From positions 12,823,012 through 12,887,011 of the forward strand of contig BFEA01000001.1 in assembly GCA_003427395.1 (NCBI GenBank): a stretch of 64,000 nt of DNA, read 5' to 3'. This stretch comes from Chara braunii. Its lineage: Eukaryota > Plantae > Charophyceae. Below the pieces are notes generated by a model, which was not told where the DNA came from, did not search any database, and saw only the letters and a program-made list of their open reading frames with translations. The position numbers and the translations under genes are program-made. Shown piece by piece: positions 60,191-64,000 of this stretch (within the stretch, counting starts at the first letter, position 1; every line of letters starts with the position of its first letter).

Positions 60191-62540
60191 CTCGGGAACG
60201 ACGTGAAATAATCCCGCGAACAGCCGAGACGGCTGCGTAGTTGCGTCGTTCTTTCGCCGCTCTAGCCGGGCGCGTCAACTGTACATCCCGCGGTCCCCTA
60301 CGACAGGACAAGTTCCCGCGGGGCATAAGCTTACTTCCCTAAGGGGCTGTCACCACCCTTAGAAACGTATCCCTACCGAGCTACCGACCCACGTGCGAAA
60401 GCTTTTAAATGCAATTGTAGAGGTGGGTCGGCCGAGGGCGTTTGCTCGCTCGCTGTAGTATAGGTACATGCAATTAAAACACCAATTGAACCCGGACGTC
60501 GTTCGTCCATTAAGGCGCTGATCTCCTAAGAAACGAAGCGTACGCCGGTCGACTAGGACGGTCTCAACCAAGTGTGAAACCCACAATATCCTAGGCCCTT
60601 TAGACACCAATCAAAAAAAAGTTAAACGGCCACATATAATTATATATTAAAAAAAAAAATCGACCGTGGTCAATAGGAAAATATTTTCAATCTGAAATAA
60701 TAACAGATAGAATTCAAATCATCATTAGATACATCCAATAACACAGGATCGAAATACAATTCGACCATCTCAGGTCGAACATCACAAAACAATCAGACAA
60801 CCACCAACAAGAAATTGGCTATCGACAATAATATTGAAGTAGCCGACAAGGTAGTCGCACTACCTTGGTTTTGACTTGATGAGATCTACTACCAAAGTTA
60901 TTCATTATAACCCACCGTCGGCTTAAGACTAGACCCATATATCCGTCTTCACACATTTCTAATATTATTCGATGACAGACTGTTTTTCGAATGATTCTTG
61001 ATCAGGTGAATTGCTTGAAGTTTTGCATGCCTCTCCCTCTAGGAAGTGGTCTGGGGTACTCCTCCTCCTCGTCCGAGCACAAAACTTGGATCTCAGAAGT
61101 CGGGCCGTCTCCACCGAATCGGCAAAGTACCCCCCCGTAGAACGGTTCACTCCGGGTCGATAACAGGGTCGGCTCCTAAAGCAACGAACCCCCGCCTCAG
61201 ATGCTTCCTTGAAATATAAGAATGTGTTCATCGCAAGCAGGTTTTAACTGTTCCCGTTTTTTTTTTCTTTTTTCCGTAAGTTCAGGGTACCTTAGACGAA
61301 AAAAAGATAGAGGTGATAAAACGAGAAACATATGGATATGTATAGGTAGATAAGGTCGTTCGGGATAGAATGGGTCAATCTTCGGGAAAAGGACCAAGTC
61401 TGTTTGACCTTATCTGCTTTCTTTATGCAATCGAATTCGTTTTTACAGTGCTGATACTGCATAATTAACATTTTTCAAAACAAGAAAACTTTTTTGACGT
61501 GCAGACAGGTGAGAAGTAAAGAAGATAATCATTTTTCCTTTCCTCAAGTAGCCATGATCAATCTTCTTTGCAAGCACTCTTCTACCTACCTACATATACA
61601 AAAACAACCGCACGTCCAGAAAATCCAGCAATCCACACTCTTGTCAGATCCCACTTTTCACATGGATGACCATACACGCTTTACTCAACCTTTTCTTTTG
61701 AACATTCAAAACAAACAGGGCCAAACAAAGTGTGGGTTCACACAGGTGCAAAAAGGAATCTGAGTCGATCAACTGACCTTGAGTGAAGTGGTGCCGAAGA
61801 AGCGTCCTGGCTCACTTAAGAAAGCCAACCAACAAGCCGTGTGTGCCGCCGAAAGCTGTAGTCTCAAGAAAAATCCTGATAAAACCACCTCCCACTCGCA
61901 CGCCTCATCCGCGGTAACCCAAACGTGAAAATGGCAAGCCGCACACGTCCCAGAAAAACACTCAATCTGGTACCACGTCAGTCCCAATTGGTCTCAAGCG
62001 GTTCCAGATGGTCCCACGTGGTTCTAGGTGGTCCCATGCTGTCAAACACTTCGTCGAATGACTATTGAGTCAAAAACCGTTTCCGCCACACTTCTAAAAA
62101 AAAAAAAAAACGGTGTCGAATCTCAAAACCGCATGCGTCGAGACTGCGCCAAATGGTCGTCCACGTCCTACGTCAGTCCCAACTGAACTCAAGCAGTCCC
62201 AAGTAGTCTAGTCCCACTGCCGCAAGTGTTGGGCAGTCCCAACTACAAAACATTTATCTCATGTGCCGCATAAAAAAATAAACCCGCCTGTCTCGCTCAG
62301 ATTTCGTACCGTCGGATGCCGTTAACCGTCACTATGACACGCTGTTGTTGTCGTACATACCAATAGTAGCAGACCTTCACCAAGAAAAGCAGACGCCGTT
62401 CCACAACAAAAAACTTTCAGCGCCGTAAAAAAATAAACTCCACTACCGCACCGCACGTCCCACCGTCGTGCCACAATTCCATTGTCGTGCCGAACCCTCG
62501 TAAAAAAAAAAAAAAAACAAAAAAAAAAAAAACAAAACAA

Positions 62541-62870
62541 AACGGCAGCGCTTCGCCGTGTTGTACCACCGTAAAAAAGACAGCGCTTCGCCGTGCTGTA
62601 CCACCGCAAAAGACGGCGGCGCTTCGTCGTGCCGTACCACCGTAAAAAAAATGGCAGCGCTTCGTCGTGTCATACCACCGTAAAAAACAACGGGAGCGCT
62701 TCGCCGTATTGTACCACCGTAAAAAGACGGCGGCGCTTCGCTGTGCCGTACCACCGCAAAAAGACGGCGGCGCTTCGCTATGCCTTACCATCGTAAATAG
62801 ACGGCGGCACTTCGCCATGTTGTATCACCGCAAAAAGACGGTTGCGCTCCGTCACGCTGTACTACCGTGA
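62541..62870. repeat. Minisatellite, ~37-bp unit, about 8-9 copies
   Basis: aaaagacggcggcgcttcgccgtgctgtaccaccgta repeated with variation. Confidence 0.9.
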
Positions 62871-64000
62871 CCGTGAAAACGACAGCGTCACTCTTCAAAA
62901 CAAAGTGTCGCCGACGTGTCGTGAAAACGGCAGTGTCATCCCTCAGAATAAAGGTGTCGCGCCGACGCCTTGGTATTTCGGCAGCATAACCCTACAAAAA
63001 TGGGTTATGGTTGCTGAAAATATCGGTCAGCACACCTCCACCACTTGTCGTGCTCCCCATCGCTCCTTGCCAGGCTCCGCTGCCGCTCCTCACCACGTTG
63101 CCGCAGACTCCCCCTACAGACCAGCCTGCCAAGGTGGAGCAGAGTGCTCCAGCCAAGGCTATGGTTGTCTCCTCCTTCGTCGTGCTCCTCCGCAGTCCTC
63201 CAGCTTCGCCGACAACACTCCTGCCTCCTTTTCAACACTCCAGCGATGAGGCAAGTGTGCTGTCGCACACTGGCAGTTGGAGGCAAGTGTGAGGCAGTTG
63301 GGGGACAGCTGCCTCGTTTGGAGTGGCTGAGGAGGGCAGCAACAGCCTTAGCTGCCCCCAGGCAAAATTCGTTACTTGCCTGGGGCCGTTGATCTGAGCC
63401 AGATCAACGAACTGAGGCTATCTCACCTCAACCACACACTTAGGGTGGCAGTTGTACTCAACTGCCCCCCTCTTTTTCTCCCTTTTCCCTGCACTCAGCC
63501 CTACACTGAGTGCAGGTTCAACAGGAAAATGGTTGTTTCCAGCCAAGTTCCCCTCACTGACCCTCCAGTTCACAACTCTGGCCTAAATGACTGCATTCAG
63601 GCCAATACTGCTTGAACTTGGTGCACGGCGTCGACCACGTTCGCGGCCGTGACTGTTCCTTTCTCTCCCCTCTCTACTTTTTCTCTTTTCTCCCCTGCCC
63701 TCCCCTCAAAACGGGGATGGCAGTTGTCAGATTGGGAGAGGTAGGGAAAAAACTCGTGAAAATTCATGAGTTCAAATCCCGACAGGCTCAAAGCGGGGTG
63801 CAAAACGTACCCCGACTTTGATGGATTTTGGAAACATATTCGCTTACTAAAAAAAACTAGCAAAGTTCATGCACATGGCCTAGGTACCTAACTACCTACA
63901 GAAAAAATTTCAAGGCCAAAACAATTGTTTTACGCCACCAAAAAAATATTGGCGCAAAACTGAAAATACAGATCTTCAAAAAAGTCTGATCCCGTTTTTC

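Larger units (their letters stand above)
48792..61400 (-). mobile_element. Decayed Ty3/Gypsy element(s), family D; boundaries uncertain
   Basis: gag-PR-RT-RH-INT remnants on the minus strand; patchy LTR-like homology between ~48860-49080 and ~60290-60950; tgtcac start at 48792 truncates the LINE fragment. Confidence 0.65.

Noticed and set aside
62541-62870. CRISPR-like 37-bp periodicity
   Set aside because: Head-to-tail tandem units with no unique spacers.

Overview
Repeat-rich eukaryotic (plant-lineage) DNA. The TE types and gene style resemble a charophyte alga such as Chara, which is inference only. The one clear host gene is a class I HD-ZIP transcription factor exon (minus strand, ~2.7-3.1 kb). 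The rest is nested retroelements: two ~12-13 kb copies of an unusual Ty3/Gypsy-type element in tail-to-tail orientation (A: 9418-22261 +; B: 22599-34753 -), a diverged terminal fragment of the same group (C: 45153-~46010 -), a near full-length degenerate L1-type LINE, further LINE fragments, two MITE/foldback elements, a second decayed Gypsy family (D, ~48.8-61.4 kb) and tandem arrays. Family A/B is the standout, for four reasons. (1) Its ends look circularly permuted: the 5' LTR lacks the terminal ...GCGTCACA and runs straight into the PBS, while a perfect palindromic end-to-end junction (CGTCACA-TA-TGTGACG) sits where the PPT should be. This suggests integration from a circular intermediate. 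(2) Integrase is a separate ORF with an N-terminal PHD finger. (3) Integrase is followed by a chain of stop/start-overlapped accessory ORFs. (4) The LTR itself carries an ORF conserved at protein level between subfamilies.
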